From a virus: 64,000 bases of DNA. A program made the translations under genes and the position numbers. Below are positions 8,976 through 16,711 of the stretch, one piece after another (the stretch's first letter is position 1; every line of letters begins with the position of its first letter). The notes below the pieces were generated by a model. That model had not been told where the DNA came from and did no database searches. It worked only from the letters and a program-made list of their open reading frames with translations. The stretch lies in the IMG/VR virus record IMGVR_UViG_3300021197_001928, positions 1 to 64,000 of that record; one strand, 5' to 3'.

Positions 8976-9527
8976 TTAGCCCTTTTTCCTTGTATCGTTC
9001 TGTGGTCTCTTGTTATTATTGCTCAATTCAAGAAATTTACGAACAACGCTATCTACTTCTCTACCTTCCGACCCTTTCCAGCCTTCATCTTCTTTAAGGC
9101 CGGATATATTATAATGCCGATAGGCTTGAACGAAAGACCTTACACGAGAAACTGATGTGGCCATAATGTGAATATCATCGACCTTAGTTAAGGTAATGCC
9201 TTTTCCTGTTATAGCTTTATATTCTTTTTGCAAGAATTTCTTAATTTCATTTAGTCTACGTTCCATTTCGTTTTCGAATCCGCCGCCATGAATTTCTTTT
9301 AGTTGAATATCCGACTGGTATTTAATGCAGATTTTGTTGCCGTAAAACTTAACTCCAAAGCCGTCCATGACCCTTTTGTCCATGATTGGGCACCCTTCTT
9401 CTCTTTGAAGTCCAACTTTTTTAGCTTCGCCATCACGAACATATCTTTCGTCATGAGAACCATCATAAGCGCTCGCAGCAGCTTGCGCCAGCCCTTGGAT
9501 AATTTCTAAAATATTTGATTCTGCCAT
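8976..9527 (-). CDS. Hypothetical protein
   Basis: 183-aa ORF with AAGGA RBS directly upstream of terminase. Confidence 0.7.
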   Translation of the reverse strand: MAESNILEIIQGLAQAAASAYDGSHDERYVRDGEAKKVGLQREEGCPIMDKRVMDGFGVKFYGNKICIKYQSDIQLKEIHGGGFENEMERRLNEIKKFLQKEYKAITGKGITLTKVDDIHIMATSVSRVRSFVQAYRHYNISGLKEDEGWKGSEGREVDSVVRKFLELSNNNKRPQNDTRKKG

Positions 9528-9545
9528 TGTTTATTTCCTTTTAAT

Positions 9546-9806
9546 TTATTTCTTTTTAGATTCTTGCATTGCGTTTCTATTCATCGCCATTTTTTTCGCT
9601 CGCTCTACATTGCCTTCGAAATTCATAGGGTCTGCGCCGTACATCTCTCTCATCAACTCTACTAGTTCTTGTTGTTTTCTTTCGTGATATCCGCCTGCAA
9701 ACCTATCTGTTTCGCCTTGATATGAAGTGGCCATCTGTGGCATTTCGCTTAGATTTTGCATTTCTTCTTTGATAATCTGCTTAAGTCTCTTATGTGTTAT
9801 TTTCAT
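9546..9806 (-). CDS. Small protein with shared N-terminal leader (MKITHKRLKQIIKEEM)
   Basis: 86 aa; member of the leader family. Confidence 0.7.
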   Translation of the reverse strand: MKITHKRLKQIIKEEMQNLSEMPQMATSYQGETDRFAGGYHERKQQELVELMREMYGADPMNFEGNVERAKKMAMNRNAMQESKKK

Positions 9807-10170
9807 TTTTAGGTCTCCATCCTGTTAGCCATCTATCTTCTCGATCCTCGACCCACTTTATATAACATTTTTCACAACAATCAAACTTTGACATATAAAC
9901 ATCATCGCTAGATTTGAATGAATAAACATTACAAACTGGGCAGGAGCGCTCTGATTCTCTTGTAATTAGTTTCTTTGATATTAAAACACCTTCAATTTCA
10001 ACTTCGTCTGCTGTTTGCTCTGGTGGTTTATAAAATTCTTTTAATTGGGACAAGTATTCTTTTTCTTTATCTTCATCCCATTCTTTTTTTGGATGCTGTA
10101 CTGTGTCTTCTCCGTACTTCTTTGCAATCGCTTGCTCGATTTTAATTGAATAGTTTGGGTCTTTGCTCAT
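9790..10170 (-). CDS. Hypothetical protein with C-terminal Zn-finger-like motif
   Basis: Start reassigned to ATG 10170 (AGGAG RBS, MSKDPNY); CPVC...CCEKC. Confidence 0.65.
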   Translation of the reverse strand: MSKDPNYSIKIEQAIAKKYGEDTVQHPKKEWDEDKEKEYLSQLKEFYKPPEQTADEVEIEGVLISKKLITRESERSCPVCNVYSFKSSDDVYMSKFDCCEKCYIKWVEDREDRWLTGWRPKNENNT

Positions 10171-10178
10171 TATTTCTC

Positions 10179-10589
10179 CTATTTTACCACATACATAATT
10201 CCGATTGCGGTTGCGACGCCGGTAATAAAACCACCAGCCAACCACAGTCCATTCCTATTAGGGTTGATTTGATCTCTGAGGTATTTGTTTTCTTCGTCTC
10301 GGATATCGATTAATTCATTAAGGCGCATATCATCTGCTTCGCAAGTGGCTGTCAAAATATCAAATTTGTAATTTTCTTGAATTCTCATCAAATTAACTTC
10401 ATAATCAACTCGAAGCTCGCACTGTTTCCCTTCAAACTGCTTGTCAACGAGCAGTCTGGCAACTGCTGCGTCATTAAATAATCTGCCGTCAAAGGGAACA
10501 ACATCGCCCTCTTGAACGGGTGTAAAAACAGGTTCCTCTGCGTGTGCAACAGGGCATGCTATTAATAGAAATAATAAAAAACTAGTCAT
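10179..10589 (-). CDS. Envelope protein with signal peptide, coiled coil and C-terminal TM helix (spanin-like topology)
   Basis: Start reassigned to ATG 10589 (GGAGG RBS); MTSFLLFLLIACPVAHA/EE signal; C-terminal LWLAGGFITGVATAIGIMYVV. Confidence 0.6.
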   Translation of the reverse strand: MTSFLLFLLIACPVAHAEEPVFTPVQEGDVVPFDGRLFNDAAVARLLVDKQFEGKQCELRVDYEVNLMRIQENYKFDILTATCEADDMRLNELIDIRDEENKYLRDQINPNRNGLWLAGGFITGVATAIGIMYVVK

Positions 10590-10610
10590 AAGACCTCCAT
10601 GTAAAGATAT

Positions 10611-10639
10611 ATTATAACATAGTTTTAGGGGCTTGTCAA
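10611..10639 (-). promoter_or_regulatory. sigma70-type promoter
   Basis: Minus strand TTGACA-17 nt-TATAAT with extended -10 TG, intergenic, upstream of ATG 10589. Confidence 0.85.
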
Positions 10640-10647
10640 GTTTTTTC

Positions 10648-11019
10648 TTAAACTTTTTTACCGTCAATATAGATGTCAATGCTGTCTAGATCGGGCTTAC
10701 CAATGTTAAACGACTCACCTTCATCAGAACCCGGACCACCAAAGTGCCCAAGCAGTTCTCTTGCCATCTTAAAGCGAGGTGCATTGTCCCAATCCCTTAT
10801 GCTAGCATTGTATCTCATTCGACTTGAATCAAAATCAACATTTCGCCCCTTATAAGTTCCTTTTATCGCCCAACCAGCTTCAGATGGAGTTACTCGAAGT
10901 TCATCTCTTTCTTCCGGATAATATCTTTGAGCCATCTCTCCATGGTCCATAGCTTCGCCTTGAAGCATGCCGAGTTCTTCTTTTATCATCTGTTTTAATT
11001 GTTTTGTTGTTAATTTCAC
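10648..11019 (-). CDS. Protein with shared N-terminal leader (MKLTTKQLKQMIKEEL)
   Basis: 123 aa, GTG start overlapping the upstream stop. Confidence 0.7.
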   Translation of the reverse strand: MKLTTKQLKQMIKEELGMLQGEAMDHGEMAQRYYPEERDELRVTPSEAGWAIKGTYKGRNVDFDSSRMRYNASIRDWDNAPRFKMARELLGHFGGPGSDEGESFNIGKPDLDSIDIYIDGKKV

Positions 11020-11270
11020 TGTATGTCTCCTACTGATTGGTTTATTTCTTGCGTAAAATCTTTTCTTAGTTTAATTAGTGGATTAAAGTTTGCTTTCTTT
11101 CGCTCCAGAATTAAATTACCTTGTGGTTTAACTAGTTCACCTTCAAGCTCTAATGCCTCAAAGTCTATCTCTGTTTTCTTTTTGTAAATTACAATTGGAT
11201 CATCATCGTCATCATCAGCCATAACTGGTGTTGTTATTAACAACAATCCGATTATCATAAATTTTTTCAT
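11016..11270 (-). CDS. Secreted protein resembling myxobacterial gliding protein CglF/GltF
   Basis: Signal peptide followed by YKKKTEIDF...LEGELVKPQG..I.ERK...F.PLIKLR.DF..E...SV, matching the CglF family pattern as I recall it. Confidence 0.7.
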   Translation of the reverse strand: MKKFMIIGLLLITTPVMADDDDDDPIVIYKKKTEIDFEALELEGELVKPQGNLILERKKANFNPLIKLRKDFTQEINQSVGDIQ

Positions 11271-11419
11271 TTCTTTTTCCTCTTCGCTAGTTTCTCTATT
11301 CTTTCCAATTCGCTCTCGATGTGATCAAGGCGGTGTTGCGTTGTATAATAGAATCCACCGAGAATAGCAATTATGCCCCCGATGGTTAGTATAGTGGTTA
11401 GGTTCATTTCTAATTTCAT
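11267..11419 (-). CDS. 50-aa single-TM membrane protein (not in ORF track)
   Basis: MKLEMNLTTILTIGGIIAILGGFYYTTQHRLDHIESELERIEKLAKRKKK; ATGA overlaps at both ends fill the gap exactly. Confidence 0.7.
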   Translation of the reverse strand: MKLEMNLTTILTIGGIIAILGGFYYTTQHRLDHIESELERIEKLAKRKKK

Positions 11420-11820
11420 TGTTTCTTTATGCCTAGCTCTTCTTCTAAGATGCGATCAATCTCTTCTGGGTTGGTCTTCGCCTTTTTCACCATTTTTTTG
11501 ATGGCTTCTTTTTTAGCGTGAGTTAGATTAAATTGATCTTCTTCATGCTTTTTCTCAATTTTTGCAACAGCCTCTGAGTACCGCTTGTGTGCTTCCTCTT
11601 TCTTTTGCAACTCTAGCCTGTGTGTTCTTTCGATTATTTCTCTTTCTTTGATATACATTTCTTTGGCTAGTCTTGCTTGCTCTTCAAGCTTGCCCTTGCC
11701 TTTCTTTCCAAAAAAATAAGACGCCAACACTGCGATAGCAAATATAAGCCATCTCCAATATTGGCGACACCATGCGGCAGCTAATTTCAACTTAACCCAA
11801 AACATTAACCATGCTTCCAA
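11416..11820 (-). CDS. N-terminal TM plus coiled-coil protein (inner-membrane spanin-like topology)
   Basis: WRWLIFAIAVLASYFF followed by a charged helical region. Confidence 0.55.
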   Translation of the reverse strand: MEAWLMFWVKLKLAAAWCRQYWRWLIFAIAVLASYFFGKKGKGKLEEQARLAKEMYIKEREIIERTHRLELQKKEEAHKRYSEAVAKIEKKHEEDQFNLTHAKKEAIKKMVKKAKTNPEEIDRILEEELGIKKQ

Positions 11821-12071
11821 ACTTTAACTGTGTCGATGACTGATTGGCCACCAACATAAATCATTGCAATTAATCCCCAAGTGTCGGGATCAAGCCCGTA
11901 CCACATAAACATGCCTGTTGCTGTTGCAAAAACCAACAGCTTTCTAGACACAGCTTTACCAAGAATAATATCTACCACTCCAAGTTTGTTCATTGCTTCC
12001 ATTGACTCGCAGTCACCTGATAATTGAGTGCCCTCTTGTTCGGCACCATGATCGTGATCGTGACAAGACAT
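11805..12071 (-). CDS. Holin-like two-TM protein with His-rich N-terminus
   Basis: ATG 12071 with GGGAGG RBS; SRKLLVF motif and two TM segments; begins MSCHDHDH. Confidence 0.55.
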   Translation of the reverse strand: MSCHDHDHGAEQEGTQLSGDCESMEAMNKLGVVDIILGKAVSRKLLVFATATGMFMWYGLDPDTWGLIAMIYVGGQSVIDTVKVWKHG

Positions 12072-12151
12072 TAGCAACAGCCTCCCTTACAAGTGCAACC
12101 TTCACAGCATGGTGTTGTGCATTTGCATTTTTTTTCTTCTGTTTTACTCAT
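12071..12151 (-). CDS. 26-aa Cys-rich metallothionein-like peptide (not in ORF track)
   Basis: MSKTEEKKCKCTTPCCEGCTCKGGCC; GAGG RBS; ATGA overlap upstream and TAATG overlap downstream. Confidence 0.7.
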   Translation of the reverse strand: MSKTEEKKCKCTTPCCEGCTCKGGCC

Positions 12152-12498
12152 TTTTTGTTCCTCTTTTTGTTTTCCATATATTTTTGGTAATGGTCTGGCC
12201 CTTTAGTAAAGTCTGGCTTTCTACCATAAAATGGCTCTGATTTGCGTGTTTCGTATTCCTTTTCATGTCCACCTTGAGCCATACCATCTTGCATGCCTCT
12301 CTGGTATTCAGGGTCTTCCAAGATGCCTCGATCTTGCTCTCCGCTTTCTTTACCGAACCTTACCTTACTGAATCCTGCGACCCAGCCCTTGCGGTACATC
12401 GGTGTACCTTCGGGTACTTCCTGTAAAAGTTCCATTTCGGTTAGAGCCTGAAGCTCTTCTTTGATCATTTGTCTTAATCTTTCTGATGTTAGTTTCAT
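12148..12498 (-). CDS. Protein with shared N-terminal leader (MKLTSERLRQMIKEEL)
   Basis: 116 aa; member of the leader family. Confidence 0.7.
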   Translation of the reverse strand: MKLTSERLRQMIKEELQALTEMELLQEVPEGTPMYRKGWVAGFSKVRFGKESGEQDRGILEDPEYQRGMQDGMAQGGHEKEYETRKSEPFYGRKPDFTKGPDHYQKYMENKKRNKK

Positions 12499-12500
12499 TT

Positions 12501-15500
12501 TTATATCCTCACGTTAGCATAGCCATCAATTTTATTTATATCAATTGTCGTGTCAACAACATCTTTTAAGGAATCAAGATGAGAGATTAAAATTACAGTC
12601 TTGAATTGATTCTTAATCAACCTAAGCAATCTTGTAAAACCTTCCATGTGCTCTTGATCTAAAGCGGTTGCTGGCTCATCAAGTATAAATAGTTCACTCT
12701 TTGGCAAATTCGTTATTGATATTAACGCTAGGCGAATAGCCATTGAAGCAAGAGTCTTCTCTGCGCCTGAGCCCATCGAAAGTGGGCGAGGATCGTAATA
12801 TGGATGCTTTATCAAGATGTCGAGTTTGGCATCATTGGACTCAAAAAACACTTCAAAATCCACAATATTGCTCAGTATCTTGGATATTTCCTCGTTAACA
12901 AGGGGCAGCTTTTGTTTAATGATTTGATATGGTATACCGTTTGCATGCATACATTGCAAAAATAAATCGTAAGCTACCCACTCCTTTTCAACTTCTTCTA
13001 GCTCCTTGCGGCTTTCTTTCAAGTTATTTAAATTTGCTTGAGTCGAGCCCTCCTCAACAAGTATCTTAGTAATCCTATCTTGGCACTTTATAAAACTATT
13101 ATCTTTGATCTGTATTGCTTTTTCCAAATCTGACTTTTCCTTGGTTAATGCGCTTAGATTTTCAATTGCTTCACGATTTTCTTCATAAACTTGCTTTTTG
13201 TAACACAACTCTTCGTACTCTTTTTGTAGAAGATTAATTTTTGACTTATTGCCTTCAATCGATAGTTTATTCATTTCGACTGTTCTTTTGATTTTATGAA
13301 TCCCCTCTTGTAGGCTGACATGTAAATCGATATTTTGGTCAACTTCCTCGACATTTAAAGAATTTAGGCTGTCTGATAAATCTCTTTGGTGCTGCTGTAG
13401 GTGTGCAATCCTATCTGTTGTTGTTAATAAGGACTCCTTGGCTTTGTGGGCATCTTTTACAAACTTATTTTCACAACAAAAGCTACAATCCGGATCATAT
13501 TCATGATTGTCAAGCATCTTAATTTTGTTTCTCTCAACTTTTTCTTGAGATATCCAATTATCTAATGCCTGCCGGGTCTTTTTAATCTTGTGCTCAATAG
13601 CATCAGCCGAGGCCTTTTTCAGTCTTAGCTCGCCAATGTTAATTATATCAAAATCTTTAGATTTCAACTCTAGACTTTCTTCTAATTCCCAAACCTTAAA
13701 GTTAAATTCTTGAGTTTTATCTTTCAGATGTTGTTTTCTTTTTTGTATCTGTTTGATTTCGTTCGTGACCTTATCAATGTCTATTGACTCAGCAGGTATA
13801 CTGTTTATTTTGCCATCTATCAAGTCCAATTCCGACTGCAACTTCGCACGTTTAGACGTTATGTCGCCGCATCTTGCCCTTTGAGCGACCAACTCTTCTT
13901 GAATTTCCTCTAAAATTTCAATATTTTTTTGAATATCCTTATCCCATTTCTTATCTTGAAGTCTCTTGACAACTCCTTTTAGTTCTGCTGCGTCTTTCTT
14001 TGCTAGTTTAAATTTTTTATCAAATATTTCTAAATCAAGAAACTTTGCAAGAATTTCCTTACGTTTTGTCGACCCCTCTTTAACAAATGACAAAGAATCC
14101 AACTGTGATGACATAGAGGTGAGAAGAAAGTCTTCCATTGTTCCAAAGCGCTTTCTTATATTGGCGTCAGTCTCATTGCGAGTTGTACCATTCATGCTTT
14201 CGTCCTCGGAGGTCAAATGGAAATCCAAGTCAACTTTTGCTTCTTGCGTCTCTCTACCTTTATACCTTTTGGTATATTTTTCAAGATTGCGGCAAATTTT
14301 GTACCTCTTATCCCCAATGTCAATTTCAATCTTACCAATCGCCTTGGTTTTATTTTGATTTATGACGTGTACGTTTTTGCGCTCACCTTTCGAGGTTGTA
14401 TTAAACAGCGTGAATAAAATGCTGTCGATAATACTAGATTTTCCGGAATAGTTACGACCAAAGATCCCAACAAGGCCGTTGAGTTTTGAAAAGTCGATTT
14501 GATTCTTTTCACCGTAGTTGAAGAGGTTCCCCCACTCCGCTTTCCTAATTTTCCAAATAACATTTCTACTAACTTCCTCCCCTTGTTCTGCTAAAGTATT
14601 GTATTTTTTATTGTGCTCTAAAACCTTTTCGATTACATCAGATTCAAGCTCCATCCCGGCTAAATAGTTGTTAATATACTTTTCTTGCACACTAATATCA
14701 CGAAGGTTCTCTGTTAGTATGGAATTTCCGTAATTTCCTTCGTCATGCATATTCGAAGACTCTTTTCCATTTAACATAACAACAGAGTATGGGCTCCACC
14801 TCATTTCTGCGATTGCCTTTGCTTTTCTGACTTTATCAGATGGCAGGTTAGTCTTGGAAACAATTCTAAGTCTAGAATTTCTGGGTACATGGGTATCGGG
14901 CAGTTTGCCTTCTTTTGACAACCTTACAGTAATAAATGGCCTTGGATTAATTAAGTGACGTTTTAAAACGTTAAAGTTATTCTTATCTTTAATCTCCCAC
15001 AGGAGATAGCCTTTCATGGCAGATTCACTAAACTTTTGTTGAGTGGTTGAACCACAATACCACACACGACCATCGTCATCTAATTTTTGTTGCCTGTGTA
15101 TGTCGCCAAGCATTGCAAAGTCATGGTCGTTAAATATTGTTACTTCGTCATCACCCTGATCCATTGTCCAGTTAGAACCAGTTAGACAGCCGGCAATGGC
15201 TCCATGGTATAGCGCAACGTTGATTTTATTTTTATCGGTTGGCTTAATCCAGTTATCTCTATCAAAGACCGATAGTACATTAAGCACTAGGTCGCCCTCT
15301 ACCCTTGTTTCTCCGCTGTTTTTCAACAAATGGAGGTTAGGGTGCTTTAAAGCGTTTACGATTGGCGTAACAGCGTCCTGTCGGCTGTCATTCTTAAGAT
15401 TCCCATCATGGTTCCCAAGGATAATATATGTCGGTGCAATGTTTGCCAAAGATGATAAAAACTCAGCACATAATTGAAAGTATTCAGGGCTGAGTTGTGT

Positions 15501-15650
15501 TTTGGTGTGTGCAAGGTCTCCACAGTGGACAATACAGTCCGGAGAGTCGTTTGCCAGTTTCTCATAGAGATCACGAAACGCAATGCGATATTCATCGTGA
15601 TACTTTAAATTTCTTATATGTGTGTCTGCTATATGTGCTATCTTATACAT
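12501..15650 (-). CDS. Fused SbcD/Mre11 nuclease - SbcC/Rad50 ATPase (gp47-gp46-like)
   Basis: Phosphoesterase motifs HIADTH, GDL, GNHD, LGDIH; Walker A GRNYSGKSS; coiled coil with CSFC hook; signature SGAE, Walker B FILDEP, ISH. Confidence 0.92.
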   Translation of the reverse strand: MYKIAHIADTHIRNLKYHDEYRIAFRDLYEKLANDSPDCIVHCGDLAHTKTQLSPEYFQLCAEFLSSLANIAPTYIILGNHDGNLKNDSRQDAVTPIVNALKHPNLHLLKNSGETRVEGDLVLNVLSVFDRDNWIKPTDKNKINVALYHGAIAGCLTGSNWTMDQGDDEVTIFNDHDFAMLGDIHRQQKLDDDGRVWYCGSTTQQKFSESAMKGYLLWEIKDKNNFNVLKRHLINPRPFITVRLSKEGKLPDTHVPRNSRLRIVSKTNLPSDKVRKAKAIAEMRWSPYSVVMLNGKESSNMHDEGNYGNSILTENLRDISVQEKYINNYLAGMELESDVIEKVLEHNKKYNTLAEQGEEVSRNVIWKIRKAEWGNLFNYGEKNQIDFSKLNGLVGIFGRNYSGKSSIIDSILFTLFNTTSKGERKNVHVINQNKTKAIGKIEIDIGDKRYKICRNLEKYTKRYKGRETQEAKVDLDFHLTSEDESMNGTTRNETDANIRKRFGTMEDFLLTSMSSQLDSLSFVKEGSTKRKEILAKFLDLEIFDKKFKLAKKDAAELKGVVKRLQDKKWDKDIQKNIEILEEIQEELVAQRARCGDITSKRAKLQSELDLIDGKINSIPAESIDIDKVTNEIKQIQKRKQHLKDKTQEFNFKVWELEESLELKSKDFDIINIGELRLKKASADAIEHKIKKTRQALDNWISQEKVERNKIKMLDNHEYDPDCSFCCENKFVKDAHKAKESLLTTTDRIAHLQQHQRDLSDSLNSLNVEEVDQNIDLHVSLQEGIHKIKRTVEMNKLSIEGNKSKINLLQKEYEELCYKKQVYEENREAIENLSALTKEKSDLEKAIQIKDNSFIKCQDRITKILVEEGSTQANLNNLKESRKELEEVEKEWVAYDLFLQCMHANGIPYQIIKQKLPLVNEEISKILSNIVDFEVFFESNDAKLDILIKHPYYDPRPLSMGSGAEKTLASMAIRLALISITNLPKSELFILDEPATALDQEHMEGFTRLLRLIKNQFKTVILISHLDSLKDVVDTTIDINKIDGYANVRI

Positions 15651-15874
15651 TAGTCCTCCTTGATAAGTTTTTCCATAATAGTTAATGCTCTATCGATTGG
15701 ATAGAGCGCTTCTTTTAATATCTCATAATGGTCTTCGCCCTTTAATGGTGCCAGAGTCATTATTACAATCTCTCTCTTAAGTTTCTTCAATTTCATCCAG
15801 TTTCTTTCTAGATACTCTTTGTCTTTTGGGTTCATTCTTTCTCCTAATTGTTTTATTTGTGATTTGAAATTCAC
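15650..15874 (-). CDS. Hypothetical protein
   Basis: 74-aa ORF coupled at both ends. Confidence 0.55.
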   Translation of the reverse strand: MNFKSQIKQLGERMNPKDKEYLERNWMKLKKLKREIVIMTLAPLKGEDHYEILKEALYPIDRALTIMEKLIKED

Positions 15875-16134
15875 AAGTTCTCCTTCTGAATTGTTACGTA
15901 GGGCAAGGTGCCCGTTATTCCGCCAACACGATGAGGCAGATCATAATTCTTCGCAACTCTAACAACAATCTTTTTCATTATTGGTGAGTTGCCGGTGATG
16001 ATCTTCATCTCTTTGCCCCAGTTTTCGTTAATAAACTTGTGGCATTGGTATGGAGCATTTTCATAATCCACTCCGTGTAAATCTAGTTCATTCACATTAT
16101 CCTCCTTCTTTGTTGTAAAGTCTCTTGCCTTCAT
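15871..16134 (-). CDS. Stand-alone Smr (small MutS-related) domain protein
   Basis: ELDLHG and IITGNS motifs; the true start may be GTG near 16095. Confidence 0.75.
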   Translation of the reverse strand: MKARDFTTKKEDNVNELDLHGVDYENAPYQCHKFINENWGKEMKIITGNSPIMKKIVVRVAKNYDLPHRVGGITGTLPYVTIQKENL

Positions 16135-16711
16135 TCAAATACTTCTTAATTTGCTCGCTCTCTTTCTTTAGTAACACATCTCGTGATATGTCGCAAGGTA
16201 ATTTTTCGATTACTTCATAAATAAATGCTTCCTCTCCGTACTTGTCCCAGTCTTCTTGAAGTTGTTTGTTGCCGTGTCTGTTGTGTCGCAAATTCCATTT
16301 GTGATTGGCCCATCGATTTCGATATGCGGTTGATTGGCCAATATAAGTTGTTCCTGTTTTTATGTTTGTTATTTTATAGACCGCAGCAGGTTGTTGTGTA
16401 CGGCATTCTTTCTTGCGTTCATTAATTCGTTCTTTGTTTTTTTCATAGTGTTTTTTATCGTACTCTTTCTTTCGTTCTTTGTTTTTTTCATAGTATTCTT
16501 TGAGCCGTTCTTTGTTTTTTTCATAGTATTCTTTTTGTTGTTTTGAAATTCGTTCTTTGTTTTTTTCATAGTATTCTTTCACGTATCCTTTTTGTTGTTT
16601 TAAAATTCGTTCTTTGTTTTTTTCATAGTATTCTTTTTGTTGTTTTGAAATTCGTTCTTTGTTTTTTTCATACCATTTTTTATGGTATTCTCTTCTGTCT
16701 CTTTTCGTCAC
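16097..16711 (-). CDS. GIY-YIG endonuclease with N-terminal helical repeats
   Basis: AVYKITN..TG..YIGQS....RW..H...L....H.N..LQEDW.KYG...F; N-terminal YYEKNKER repeats. Confidence 0.85.
   Translation of the reverse strand: MTKRDRREYHKKWYEKNKERISKQQKEYYEKNKERILKQQKGYVKEYYEKNKERISKQQKEYYEKNKERLKEYYEKNKERKKEYDKKHYEKNKERINERKKECRTQQPAAVYKITNIKTGTTYIGQSTAYRNRWANHKWNLRHNRHGNKQLQEDWDKYGEEAFIYEVIEKLPCDISRDVLLKKESEQIKKYLNEGKRLYNKEGG
16425..16672. repeat. Imperfect in-frame tandem repeats encoding YYEKNKER(ISKQQKE)
   Basis: About six copies of the core cgttctttgtttttttcata at irregular, in-frame spacings. Confidence 0.85.

Noticed and set aside
10590-10679. N-terminal extensions given by the ORF track (also at 10245, 17727, 18998, 20230, 45482, 59382)
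   Set aside because: They overlap upstream genes or promoters. Downstream starts with better RBS or coupling were used.
16425-16672. Repeat cluster resembling a CRISPR array
   Set aside because: Units are in-frame coding repeats inside the GIY-YIG gene; the intervening sequences are short and related rather than unique spacers; no cas genes.
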